DNA from: Christensenellales bacterium
GTDB taxonomy: Bacteria > Bacillota > Clostridia > Christensenellales > DTU072
Assembly (NCBI GenBank): GCA_050309775.1
Contig: JBNRMV010000005.1
Coordinates: 5,460-69,459 of the forward strand
DNA length: 64,000 bases
Direction: 5' to 3'
In this document: in pieces, positions 37,263-45,822 of the stretch
Layout of the letters: each line of letters starts with the position of its first letter
Numbering within the stretch: the stretch's first letter is position 1
Made by a program: the position numbers and the translations under genes
Notes under the pieces: generated by a model
Databases searched by the model: none
The model's input: the letters and a program-made list of their open reading frames with translations, nothing else
What the model was told of the DNA's origin: nothing

Positions 37263-38180
37263 ATGAATATATTCAGATACGGCTACGCTATGCTGGTACA
37301 AAAAGGCTCAAACCTGCTCGAAACTATGGCTTATGCGCTCATACGGCAAAAGAAAGAAGATTTAATTACCGAATATAATGTGCCTTACGGCAACAGCAGA
37401 AATACCGTCTGCGACTATTATTATCTGCCCGACACGCAGACCAAAAAACCCGTACTAATTTACATACACGGCGGAGGCTGGATAAGCGGCACAAAGTTGC
37501 TGCGCAAGCCTTATTGTTTTTCCTTTGCAAAACAAGGCTTTTTTGTAATGAATACGGCGTATGACTATGCGCCGCAAAAAAAGTTCCCTACACAATTGCA
37601 ACAAATTTTTAACGCAATAGAAAAACTGCTCGACAATGCCGAAAAATACAATATTGACACCTCAAAAATTGTTGTTGGCGGCGAGTCCGCAGGCGCATAC
37701 TTCTCGGCTTTCGTAGCCGCTGCGACAAAAAGACCCTCGCTTTTTGACGAAATGGGCATAAGTTTCAAATACCGTGACAGTTTTGACATAAAGGCATGCA
37801 TATTGCTCAACGGCGCCTTTGATGCGGAGCGGCTTACCGCCTCCCGTTTCCCCAATATGGCGACTTTTTTGACCTCACACTTTGATATGTCCAGAAAAGA
37901 AATAGCAAAGGGCGGCGAAAAAACAAAATACTTCTCCCCCGTGGCATATGTTGACGAAAAGTTTCCGCCTACCGTAATTGGCGAAGGCAAGTATGACGGC
38001 TTAAAAAAAGAATCGACAGCCGCCAAACAAAGACTGGCGGAACTTGGCATAAAACATACCTCTTTTATGGCAACCGGACTTGTCGGCATACACGGCTTTT
38101 GCTTGGCGGTCAACACAAAGGAAGGAAAACGCTGCTTTGAGCATACTCTGGAGTTCATAAAAGACACGCTGAAAGGTTAA
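37263..38180 (+). CDS. Alpha/beta hydrolase, HSL-like (family IV) esterase
   Basis: IHGGGW oxyanion motif, GESAG nucleophile, HGF near the C-terminus. Confidence 0.85.
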   Translation: MNIFRYGYAMLVQKGSNLLETMAYALIRQKKEDLITEYNVPYGNSRNTVCDYYYLPDTQTKKPVLIYIHGGGWISGTKLLRKPYCFSFAKQGFFVMNTAYDYAPQKKFPTQLQQIFNAIEKLLDNAEKYNIDTSKIVVGGESAGAYFSAFVAAATKRPSLFDEMGISFKYRDSFDIKACILLNGAFDAERLTASRFPNMATFLTSHFDMSRKEIAKGGEKTKYFSPVAYVDEKFPPTVIGEGKYDGLKKESTAAKQRLAELGIKHTSFMATGLVGIHGFCLAVNTKEGKRCFEHTLEFIKDTLKG

Positions 38181-38281
38181 CACAAAAAGCATATCGGACG
38201 GCATTTCGCCTTAAGAAATTTAGTTACATATATCTATTCTCATTATCAGACAATTTCCGCTAAAATCATACCTCTTTGCCT

Positions 38282-38290
38282 TGTTATAAT
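38282..38290 (+). promoter_or_regulatory. Extended -10 promoter for minD-minE
   Basis: TGtTATAAT followed by SD GAGGTG and a GTG start. Confidence 0.5.
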
Positions 38291-38310
38291 TGTACACGAG
38301 GTGAAAAGCA

Positions 38311-39090
38311 GTGGGCAAAAAAATCGTTATGACTTCAGGTAAAGGCGGTGTAGGCAAAACAACGGTTACTGCAAATCTTGGCATTGCGCTTTCGATGCTT
38401 TCAAAAAAAGTGGCATTGGTAGACGCCGATATAGGCTTAAACAATCTGGATGTTGTTATGCTTATAGAAAACAAGATAGTCTATGATATAGGCGACATAG
38501 CGGAGGGAAGATGCCGCACAAAACAAGCCCTTATTCAGGACGACGCTTTTCCTTCTCTTTTCACCCTGCCCTCCGCAAAAACTATGTCTTCCCGTATACC
38601 GCCCAGAGTTTTTGTTTCCATTGCCAATGAACTGGCGGAGGACTTTGACTATGTTTTAATAGACTGCCCTGCCGGCATTGACGAGGGCTTTCACCGCGCT
38701 GTCGTCGGAGCCGACGAAGCGTTGGTGGTGACTACTCCGCACATATCCGCTGTGCGTGATGCCGACAAGGTCGTTGCGCTGCTCTCTACCTATGACATGA
38801 AATCAATCGGACTAGTGGTCAACCGCCTGAAAGGCAACCTAGTAAGCGAAGGCATCAGCATGGACGCGCTTGACATTGCAAAGCTGCTCAGAGTGCCGCT
38901 CAAAGGCGCTATTCCGGAAGATGAGCGCATAAATGTTTCTTCCCAAATAAACAAAATCAAGGATAAAAGCAGCGCTCAGCTTGCATATACCCTGCTTGCG
39001 TCATATGTTGACGGCAAGGACACAAAGGTATTTGATTGCGCGTCGGACTATCGGGGTTTTTTTAAGAAATTATTAAAGGTTTTTAGGTGA
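38311..39090 (+). CDS. minD: Septum site-determining ATPase MinD
   Basis: TSGKGGVGKTT, DADIGLNNLD, DCPAGI, RDADKV. Confidence 0.92.
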   Translation: MGKKIVMTSGKGGVGKTTVTANLGIALSMLSKKVALVDADIGLNNLDVVMLIENKIVYDIGDIAEGRCRTKQALIQDDAFPSLFTLPSAKTMSSRIPPRVFVSIANELAEDFDYVLIDCPAGIDEGFHRAVVGADEALVVTTPHISAVRDADKVVALLSTYDMKSIGLVVNRLKGNLVSEGISMDALDIAKLLRVPLKGAIPEDERINVSSQINKIKDKSSAQLAYTLLASYVDGKDTKVFDCASDYRGFFKKLLKVFR

Positions 39091-39093
39091 TTT

Positions 39094-39324
39094 ATGCAAA
39101 AAGATAACACTATCGTGCGTTTGAAAAGGGTGCTATTGAGCGACAAATTAAACATGCCGAACGGACTTATAGCCTTGCTGAAAAAGGATTTATTAAAAGT
39201 ATTTGACAGTTATTTTGACATTAAGGAAGATTTACTCGTCGAAATTGACGGCAATGCCGACGGCGAATATGACATACTCATCAGAGGTCGGTCCGAAAGA
39301 ATAAAAAGTCCGAAGTTTTTATAA
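39094..39324 (+). CDS. minE: Cell division topological specificity factor MinE
   Basis: RLKRVLLSDK...LKKDLLKVFDSYF; MinE size, directly after minD. Confidence 0.75.
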   Translation: MQKDNTIVRLKRVLLSDKLNMPNGLIALLKKDLLKVFDSYFDIKEDLLVEIDGNADGEYDILIRGRSERIKSPKFL

Positions 39325-39328
39325 AAAC

Positions 39329-40024
39329 CTATATCACCATAGACAACACATACAGCGTTTGCGCAACATAATAGGCCGGCAAATAAATGAACGCAATGAA
39401 ATTGCCCTTTGGCGAATCCTTTTCAAACTTGCCATAGTTATAAAATCCAAGCAGCAAATCCGACAGCATAAACAATATTGAGCCGACAAACACCACCACC
39501 GCCGCTGCGCTGCGCGCTTTTAATAAAAAATTCAACGCCGTTATGAACATTGCGCCGATTATTAAAGAATAAATAAGTATAGGCGGTTTTGGCATATCCG
39601 GCGAAATTTTGCCTGACTTCAGCAGCATATACACGCCAAGCGGTACGACAAACAAAAATGCCGCCAGCCAAACAATAAAGCCTTTTGCAAGAGTCAGGAA
39701 TACAATGATATAAATGACATGTCCTATAAGGAAAAACAGCATTCCGGCAAGCAGTATGGGTTCAACATATTCTTTTTTTGCTATGCCTCGCAGACTCAAG
39801 AAGAAGTCCCCCAGCATACCGAATAACAATGCCGCAACAATGCAAATATGTAAGGGTTCGACCTTTTCAAGCAATGCAAGCGCCGCCAAACCCATAGCCA
39901 TAAAACTAAAACTCGCCAAGGCTTTCAGCAGGAACTTAACGCCCAATAAACCTTTGTTCTGAAAAGAAACAGTTGTAATAGAAAGAGCAATAGTCATCGC
40001 CATCAACACATATACAAAAAGCAT
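39329..40024 (-). CDS. YhhN/TMEM86 family lysoplasmalogenase-like membrane protein
   Basis: Family motifs KALAS, LGDFFL, FFLIGHVIY, LSDLLL, YYVAQ; about 8 TM helices. Start reassigned to ATG 40024, whose SD GAGG overlaps the SDR stop. Confidence 0.82.
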   Translation of the reverse strand: MLFVYVLMAMTIALSITTVSFQNKGLLGVKFLLKALASFSFMAMGLAALALLEKVEPLHICIVAALLFGMLGDFFLSLRGIAKKEYVEPILLAGMLFFLIGHVIYIIVFLTLAKGFIVWLAAFLFVVPLGVYMLLKSGKISPDMPKPPILIYSLIIGAMFITALNFLLKARSAAAVVVFVGSILFMLSDLLLGFYNYGKFEKDSPKGNFIAFIYLPAYYVAQTLYVLSMVI

Positions 40025-40026
40025 AT

Positions 40027-40827
40027 TTACCTCGTCAGCAAGCCAGCATCCAGCACAAATTGACTGCCTGTGACATATCTCGCTTTGTCGGAGCAGAGGT
40101 ACAGTAAGGCATTCGTCACATCTTCGGACTCTATCCATGGCACGGGAAGCAGGTTGCCGGCGGAACGCTCGGCAATTTCTTGTGGAGTTGCTCCCTCCAT
40201 GGCGGCAAGTCCGTCGTTCATCGGGGTATTTACGCCCGTTGGGTGAATGCTCAGCACTCTTATATTATATGGCGCAAGTTCTATGGCAAGTGACTTTGTC
40301 AATCCCACCATAGCCCATTTTGAGGCGGCATAGTGGCAGAGCCTATTCATGCCGCGCAGTCCGGCTATTGAGGAATTATTTACGATTACTCCGGATTTTT
40401 GGCGCTGCATATATGGAGCAACATATTTGCAAAACAAAAAAGCGCCCTTGCAGTTTATGTCCATCATGTCATCCCATTCCTTTTCGGGAAGTTCATGCAC
40501 ATATCCATAGGCGCATATGCCTGCGTTATTAAAAAGAATGTCTATGCGGCCAAAAGCCTCGAACGCCTTAACCGTTGCGGCTTTTACTTGCTCTGCATTG
40601 CGCACATCGCCGAAAACCAGCAAGACTTTTCCGCCAAAACTCTCTATTTCATCCGCAAGCGACTGCATGTCGCTTTTGCAGGTATTGTTATACGCCGGAT
40701 AGCATATCTTTTCTTCCAAATCAAAAGCCACAACATTGGCTCCTTCCTTTGCGAAAGCTATTGCCGCCGCTCTGCCTTGTCCCTTGGCTGCGCCGGTAAT
40801 GATTATCGTTTTGTCTTTGTAGCTCAT
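40027..40827 (-). CDS. NAD-dependent short-chain dehydrogenase resembling mycofactocin-coupled/carveol-dehydrogenase-type SDRs
   Basis: TGAAKGQG, acidic D after beta-2 followed by the insertion EEKICYPAYNNTCKSDM, NNAG, YAASK, HPTGVNTPM, LLPVPWIESEDV...ARYVTG. Confidence 0.8.
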   Translation of the reverse strand: MSYKDKTIIITGAAKGQGRAAAIAFAKEGANVVAFDLEEKICYPAYNNTCKSDMQSLADEIESFGGKVLLVFGDVRNAEQVKAATVKAFEAFGRIDILFNNAGICAYGYVHELPEKEWDDMMDINCKGAFLFCKYVAPYMQRQKSGVIVNNSSIAGLRGMNRLCHYAASKWAMVGLTKSLAIELAPYNIRVLSIHPTGVNTPMNDGLAAMEGATPQEIAERSAGNLLPVPWIESEDVTNALLYLCSDKARYVTGSQFVLDAGLLTR

Positions 40828-40838
40828 CTTATCCTCTT

Positions 40839-41363
40839 TTATCGTTTTGTATAGCTTGTGAGATAATCGTCCAGTTCGACTTCAAGCGCATTATTTATAA
40901 GGTTTGTGGCTATCATCATGCCGGCAAAGGCCGTCAGAATTACAATCTGTTTGTCGCTGAAATGCTTTTTTAGTCTTGCGAACAGTTCGTCAGATATTAC
41001 CGTCGGTTGATTTACGCTGGCTGTGCCGTAGTCGACAAGCGTCTGAAGTCTGTCGTCAAGTTTCAGCTTGTCAGGGTTTATGCCCTCGTCTTTCAGCAAC
41101 TTTCGGAAAAAAGTCGAACATATCAGACAGTTGTTATATGAAGATATGGCGTGACAAAAGACATTTACGCCAAAGTCACCAAGGAATTCTGCCGCCTTGT
41201 CACGCAAGGGGTACCACTCCATAAGCACTTTGAACGACAATACATCGTTCAAAAGCGTTTTTTTCATGTTAGTGATTCTGCCGTGCTTTTTTATTTGGTT
41301 GGTGTATTCGGCTTTTGCCTCGGGTGACAGTTTGTCATAATCAACCATAGGTATCCGCGCCAT
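40839..41363 (-). CDS. AhpD/carboxymuconolactone-decarboxylase-like protein with CxxC
   Basis: AISSYNNCLICSTFF, 'DELFARLKKHFSDKQIV' and 'TNLINNAL' are typical of AhpD-like peroxidase-related proteins. Start ATG 41363 with SD AAGGAG. Confidence 0.75.
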   Translation of the reverse strand: MARIPMVDYDKLSPEAKAEYTNQIKKHGRITNMKKTLLNDVLSFKVLMEWYPLRDKAAEFLGDFGVNVFCHAISSYNNCLICSTFFRKLLKDEGINPDKLKLDDRLQTLVDYGTASVNQPTVISDELFARLKKHFSDKQIVILTAFAGMMIATNLINNALEVELDDYLTSYTKR

Positions 41364-41390
41364 AATATCTCCTTTCAAATATAATAAAAA

Positions 41391-41975
41391 TTATAATTCT
41401 TTTCTGTCCTGAAGCGCTCTTTGCAGGGTAAGTTCGTCGGCATATTCGATTTCGCTGCCAACGGATATGCCGTAAGCCAGCCGCGTAACTTTTATGCCCA
41501 GAGGTTTTATCATGCTTGCCAGATATGACGCCGTAAGTTCGCCCGACACATCGGGGTTTGTGGCAAGAATAACCTCTTTTACTCCCGACAGTCTGCCTGC
41601 AAGCTCTTTTATTTTTATGTCCTCTACGCCAATGCCTTTTTGGAAATCCAGTGTGCCGTGCAGCACATGATAGACGCCTTCAAAGCCGCCCATTTTTTCA
41701 AAAGCTGTGATATCTTTGGGTTCGCCGACTACGCAAATAGTCGTCTTATCCCTTGTTGAGCAAATCTGACAAATGCCATTTTCGCAATAGTTTCCGCACA
41801 CCGAACAAAGAACAATGCGCTCTTTTGCATCTTTTATGGCCTGCAGAAAACTTTCTGTTTCGGCGCCGTCCATTTCCAGCACCTTGTAAGCGTATCTCTG
41901 CGCCGTCTTTGCTCCGACTCCCGGCAACTTCCGGAATGCCGCCACAAGCCTTGACATCGCCTCGGTTTGTTTCAT
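41391..41975 (-). CDS. recR: Recombination mediator RecR
   Basis: LPGVGAKTAQR, C4 zinc finger, YHVLHG, EVILATNP, TRLAYGI..G.EIEYAD. Confidence 0.96.
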   Translation of the reverse strand: MKQTEAMSRLVAAFRKLPGVGAKTAQRYAYKVLEMDGAETESFLQAIKDAKERIVLCSVCGNYCENGICQICSTRDKTTICVVGEPKDITAFEKMGGFEGVYHVLHGTLDFQKGIGVEDIKIKELAGRLSGVKEVILATNPDVSGELTASYLASMIKPLGIKVTRLAYGISVGSEIEYADELTLQRALQDRKEL

Positions 41976-41977
41976 GC

Positions 41978-42313
41978 TTAAATTAGGCCTCCCATGCCGC
42001 CGCTCAAAGGTCCCATTACTCTCTGTTGTTCTTCTTCTACCAGCTTCATTCCCTCGTTGAAAGCCGCAATAATCATATCCTCAAGCATTTCGACATCGTC
42101 GGGGTCGACTGCTGCGGGGTTAATTTTTATGGAGGACAATTTTCTGTCGCAAGTCAAAGTAACTTCTACCATGCCGCCGCCTGCTGTCGCCACTACCTCG
42201 GTCTCCGCCAGTTCTTCTTGGGCGGCAAGCATATCAGCTTGCATTTTTTGCGCTTGTCGCATAAGCGCTTGCATGTTGTTTCCTCCGCCAAATCCGCCAA
42301 ATTTTGCCATCAA
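41978..42313 (-). CDS. ybaB: YbaB/EbfC nucleoid-associated protein
   Basis: NMQALMRQAQKMQ, AGGGMV, DDVEMLEDMIIAA; lies between dnaX and recR. Confidence 0.93.
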   Translation of the reverse strand: MMAKFGGFGGGNNMQALMRQAQKMQADMLAAQEELAETEVVATAGGGMVEVTLTCDRKLSSIKINPAAVDPDDVEMLEDMIIAAFNEGMKLVEEEQQRVMGPLSGGMGGLI

Positions 42314-42348
42314 TCAAATCTCCTTCTTTCTTTATATGTGATTATTCT

Positions 42349-43962
42349 TTATTTTTTTATTTCTATCATGCCGCCGAAAAGCTGCTGCAATTCGTTTATG
42401 CCGTTGTCGTACTCTTTTGAGCGCTTTTCTTTCTTTTGGCAAACAAAAGAAAAATCGCTGCCCAGCTCAAGTTTGACGCAGTCATTCATTGTTTGTAAAA
42501 AATTCTGTTGGTTGAACAACTTGACTGTTGCAGGGTTGTTGCTGCGCAAAATGAGCTGAGTTCCTTCAAGGCTCAATTCGTCCTCCAGCATTGTTGCCGC
42601 CGTATACAAAGCCCGCTCGCCTCTTTCGTGCAGTCTTTGAATAATGCCGTCCCAAATCTTGTTTATTTTTTCTTCCTGTTCGTTTTGCGCCTCTTCAAAA
42701 ACCGACTCTTCTTCAATGACGATAGCCGCGCTCTCAAGAATTTCGGTGATGTTCTCTTGCTTTTCTTCGGGCTTTTCGACAATCGGAGGCGTTTCGGCAA
42801 CTTTTATGCCGTTCGCCGCAAGCTCTTCCAACTTTCTCTCCAGTTCGCGCAGCCGTGTGAAAGCCGCCTCGGGAGAACTGTCTGTTCTCAACTCGCAAGC
42901 CTTTACTATTGTTGCCTCCAGCATAATTCTGGGCTGCGTCGAATACCGCAGCGCGCTCTCTATGCCTGTTATGGTCTCCATGGCGCGGCTGATACGGTAG
43001 TTTTCGTAGTTCTTTGCCGCCTCTGCAAGCTGTTTGGCTTCATCTTCTCCAACAGTGCTGAGCTTGTATCCGCGAATATTTTTTACTGCTATAAGGTCAC
43101 GAAAATAATTGCTCAAGTCCTTGTGAATGGTGTTGCGACCCTCTTTGTACATTGTGTCAAGCACCGTCAAAGCTTCGCCGCTTCTGCCGTCAAGTATGGC
43201 TCTGCCCAGTTTGTGCAGCGTGGCAAAGTCACCCGACCCCAACGCTTCAAGCACCGCCGTAAGCGTGACATTGCCGTCGCAATATGACATACACATGTCG
43301 GCTACGGATATGGCGTCTCTCACACTGCCCTCGCCGTGTATGGCTATTTGTTCAATGGCGGCATCTTCATATTTCACGCCGACATCGTCAAATATTTTGG
43401 CAATAAGCGCTTTTATTTCCTCTGTTGCCACCAATCTGAAGTCAAACCGCAAACAGCGGCTGAGTATGGTTGCCGGCAATTTTTGCACTTCGGTAGTGGC
43501 AAGTATAAAAATAATATGTTCGGGAGGCTCTTCCAGCGTTTTTAGCAGCGCATTGAACGCTTGCGGCGTCAGCATATGAACCTCGTCTATTATATAAACT
43601 TTGAATCTGCCTGCCGAAGGTCGATATTGCGTATTTTCTTTTATTTGGCGCACTTCGTCAACACCGTTGTTTGAGGCGGCGTCAATTTCTATGATATCTA
43701 TGTTGCCCGGCTTTGACATCTCAAGGCATACGACGCATTTGTTGCAGGGTGAGCCGTCTTGCGGGTCAATGCAATTTACGGCGCGCGCAAAAATTTTGGC
43801 GCAGCTGGTCTTGCCCGTGCCTCTTGTGCCGGTAAACAAATATGAATGACCGATGCGGTCATTCTTTATTTGGTTGCGCAGCGTTTTTACTATGTGATTT
43901 TGTCCGATAACACCGTCAAAGGTGTCAGGACGAAATCTTCTGTATAGAGAAACAAATGCCAT
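42349..43962 (-). CDS. dnaX: DNA polymerase III subunit gamma/tau
   Basis: LYRRFRP, GTRGTGKT, EIDAASNNGVD, IIDEVHML, NALLKTLEEPP, TILSRC. Confidence 0.96.
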   Translation of the reverse strand: MAFVSLYRRFRPDTFDGVIGQNHIVKTLRNQIKNDRIGHSYLFTGTRGTGKTSCAKIFARAVNCIDPQDGSPCNKCVVCLEMSKPGNIDIIEIDAASNNGVDEVRQIKENTQYRPSAGRFKVYIIDEVHMLTPQAFNALLKTLEEPPEHIIFILATTEVQKLPATILSRCLRFDFRLVATEEIKALIAKIFDDVGVKYEDAAIEQIAIHGEGSVRDAISVADMCMSYCDGNVTLTAVLEALGSGDFATLHKLGRAILDGRSGEALTVLDTMYKEGRNTIHKDLSNYFRDLIAVKNIRGYKLSTVGEDEAKQLAEAAKNYENYRISRAMETITGIESALRYSTQPRIMLEATIVKACELRTDSSPEAAFTRLRELERKLEELAANGIKVAETPPIVEKPEEKQENITEILESAAIVIEEESVFEEAQNEQEEKINKIWDGIIQRLHERGERALYTAATMLEDELSLEGTQLILRSNNPATVKLFNQQNFLQTMNDCVKLELGSDFSFVCQKKEKRSKEYDNGINELQQLFGGMIEIKK

Positions 43963-43995
43963 AATATATTACCTTTTGTTTTTGTGAACGATTCT

Positions 43996-45807
43996 TTATA
44001 GCGCTACAAAAAGCCGCCACCCGTCGCCAAAGGCAGTATCCTGTTCGCCTATTTTTATGACGGAATCTTCGGAATATTCCAGATTAAAGAAGCTGTACTG
44101 CCCTGTCAGACTTTCAAAACCGTCATATGTGATACCGTTGACGACCATAACTATTCCGTTTGCGTCGACCAGTCTGCCCAGCTCGGCGTCAAAGTAATTC
44201 TGCGTATAGCTTTCGATGTCATTGCCTTCAAACTGCGCATACTCGTATGTTGCCGCCACATCTCCGCCCTCGTCTATCAGGTCGACGATGAGTTTGCCGT
44301 CTTTCTCGTAAGCGTCGACGCCTATATAAACTTTCGGCATGTCTTTCTTAATGAAACGCAAAATTCTTCTGCCGTTTCCTTCGACATATATATTCTCTGC
44401 GGCTCTGGCTATGGCGCCGTAGCATGCTTTGAAAGTCGATTGACATCTCTCAATATTTGAGTTGCCGTAAATGTCGGCGACAAGCCCTGCGCTGTATTCG
44501 TAGTTTTCGTCTATGTCTACATAATTGTTGCCTTGTTTACCTTTGTATATTCCGCCCGATGCGGTGCAATCCAACACATCGCTGTCCCTGACTGTGCCTG
44601 CTATGCCACCTATTACGGGGTTGTTGCGTTCCACACCGCCTGCCTGCTTGTTGGCAAGGTTAGACAAAATTTTTGTGTCGGTTACTTGGCTGTTTTGTAT
44701 GGTTGAGAAATCATTTGCATAACCGGCTATGCCGCCTGCCGAATAAGATTGATAAGCTGTTTTTGTGGCGCTGATATTGATTTCGCTGTTCAAAGTCTCT
44801 GCGCTGACAATAGTCGTGTCGTCTACCAATCCGCCTATGCCGCCGACAACGCCTTTTGTGTAAACCCTAGTGCCTATGTTTCCGACAAACTCTGCACCCG
44901 CAATGCGTGACATGTACACAGCCCCGAACATACCGCCAAGATATGCCGATTTTGCGTACACAATGGGGATTTGTGCCGCGCAATCAAGCTGGCTCATAAC
45001 CGTGCCTTTGCCTTTTGCAAGTCCGATAAGTCCGCCGACAAACGCTTGCGCCGGGTAATACAGCTGCGAATTCAAATCGTACGCCACCACTTTTTCTTCG
45101 GTGTTTACGGTGTCGTTCGTTTGGTCGTATTCCGGGCCCAAAGAGGCAATCATGTTATTTATGGTGACATTCGCCGAAACTTGTTCAAGACTCAGAGCGC
45201 CCGAGGAATAACCCAATATTCCGCCTATGTACTGGTTCTGATCGCAAGTTATTTCCATCAAGACATCTCTTTGTTTATAATAATAGCTTGTGCCCAGCAG
45301 TATGCTGCCGTCAGCCTCGATACCTAATATTTTGTTGGCGCCATATGCATAGCCCACCAGTCCGCCTACATAGGTGTAATCAGGCTCTGCATAGAAAGAA
45401 ATGTAAAAATTGGATAATTTCAAATCTTTTATGACGGCGCCGTAGGTATAGCCAAAAAGTCCTGCATACTGATATGGCACGCTTTTTTCGTAAGATGTGC
45501 CGTCAGCGCCTTTTATGCTGAGGTTTGAGATAGTGAAACCTTTGCCGTCAAAAGTGCCTCTGAAAGAGTTTTCGTTGTCTTGTCCTATCGGCTGCCAATC
45601 TATCCCCGCCAAGTCCAAATCGTTTTTTAGCTCAAAGGTATAGAGCGAATACTTGTCGCCCAGATAATCCTTTATGCTTTTCAAATCTTCAACCGACTTG
45701 ATTTCGATAGTTTTTGTTTCTTTCGGCGGGTTCTCCTTTTTGCAGGCTGTAAGACCCAAACAAAGTATCAATGCAAGCGCTATTATTATGCCAAGTTTCT
45801 TCATCAA
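43996..45807 (-). CDS. Lipoprotein with GLUG-like beta-helix repeats; function unknown
   Basis: Lipobox LTAC; DWQPIG...FRGTFDGKGFTISNL; about 8 'xxGGxxG' repeats. Confidence 0.7.
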   Translation of the reverse strand: MMKKLGIIIALALILCLGLTACKKENPPKETKTIEIKSVEDLKSIKDYLGDKYSLYTFELKNDLDLAGIDWQPIGQDNENSFRGTFDGKGFTISNLSIKGADGTSYEKSVPYQYAGLFGYTYGAVIKDLKLSNFYISFYAEPDYTYVGGLVGYAYGANKILGIEADGSILLGTSYYYKQRDVLMEITCDQNQYIGGILGYSSGALSLEQVSANVTINNMIASLGPEYDQTNDTVNTEEKVVAYDLNSQLYYPAQAFVGGLIGLAKGKGTVMSQLDCAAQIPIVYAKSAYLGGMFGAVYMSRIAGAEFVGNIGTRVYTKGVVGGIGGLVDDTTIVSAETLNSEINISATKTAYQSYSAGGIAGYANDFSTIQNSQVTDTKILSNLANKQAGGVERNNPVIGGIAGTVRDSDVLDCTASGGIYKGKQGNNYVDIDENYEYSAGLVADIYGNSNIERCQSTFKACYGAIARAAENIYVEGNGRRILRFIKKDMPKVYIGVDAYEKDGKLIVDLIDEGGDVAATYEYAQFEGNDIESYTQNYFDAELGRLVDANGIVMVVNGITYDGFESLTGQYSFFNLEYSEDSVIKIGEQDTAFGDGWRLFVAL

Positions 45808-45822
45808 TTGTAACCTTACTTT

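Noticed and set aside
39329-40138. ORF-track N-terminal extension of YhhN overlapping the SDR by 112 nt (similar extensions in uvrC, iscU, mscS, fba, murG and the AhpD-like gene)
   Set aside because: Downstream ATGs have proper SDs or promoter geometry and match the family N-termini; the extensions are artefacts of longest-ORF calling.
40027-41363. Mycofactocin biosynthetic cluster
   Set aside because: There is no MftA precursor (C-terminal IDGxCGVY), MftB chaperone or radical SAM gene in the window. Only the SDR family resemblance is supported.
42349-43962. Programmed -1 frameshift making a DnaX gamma form
   Set aside because: I found no A AAA AAG slippery site with a downstream hairpin after the clamp-loader domains by eye.
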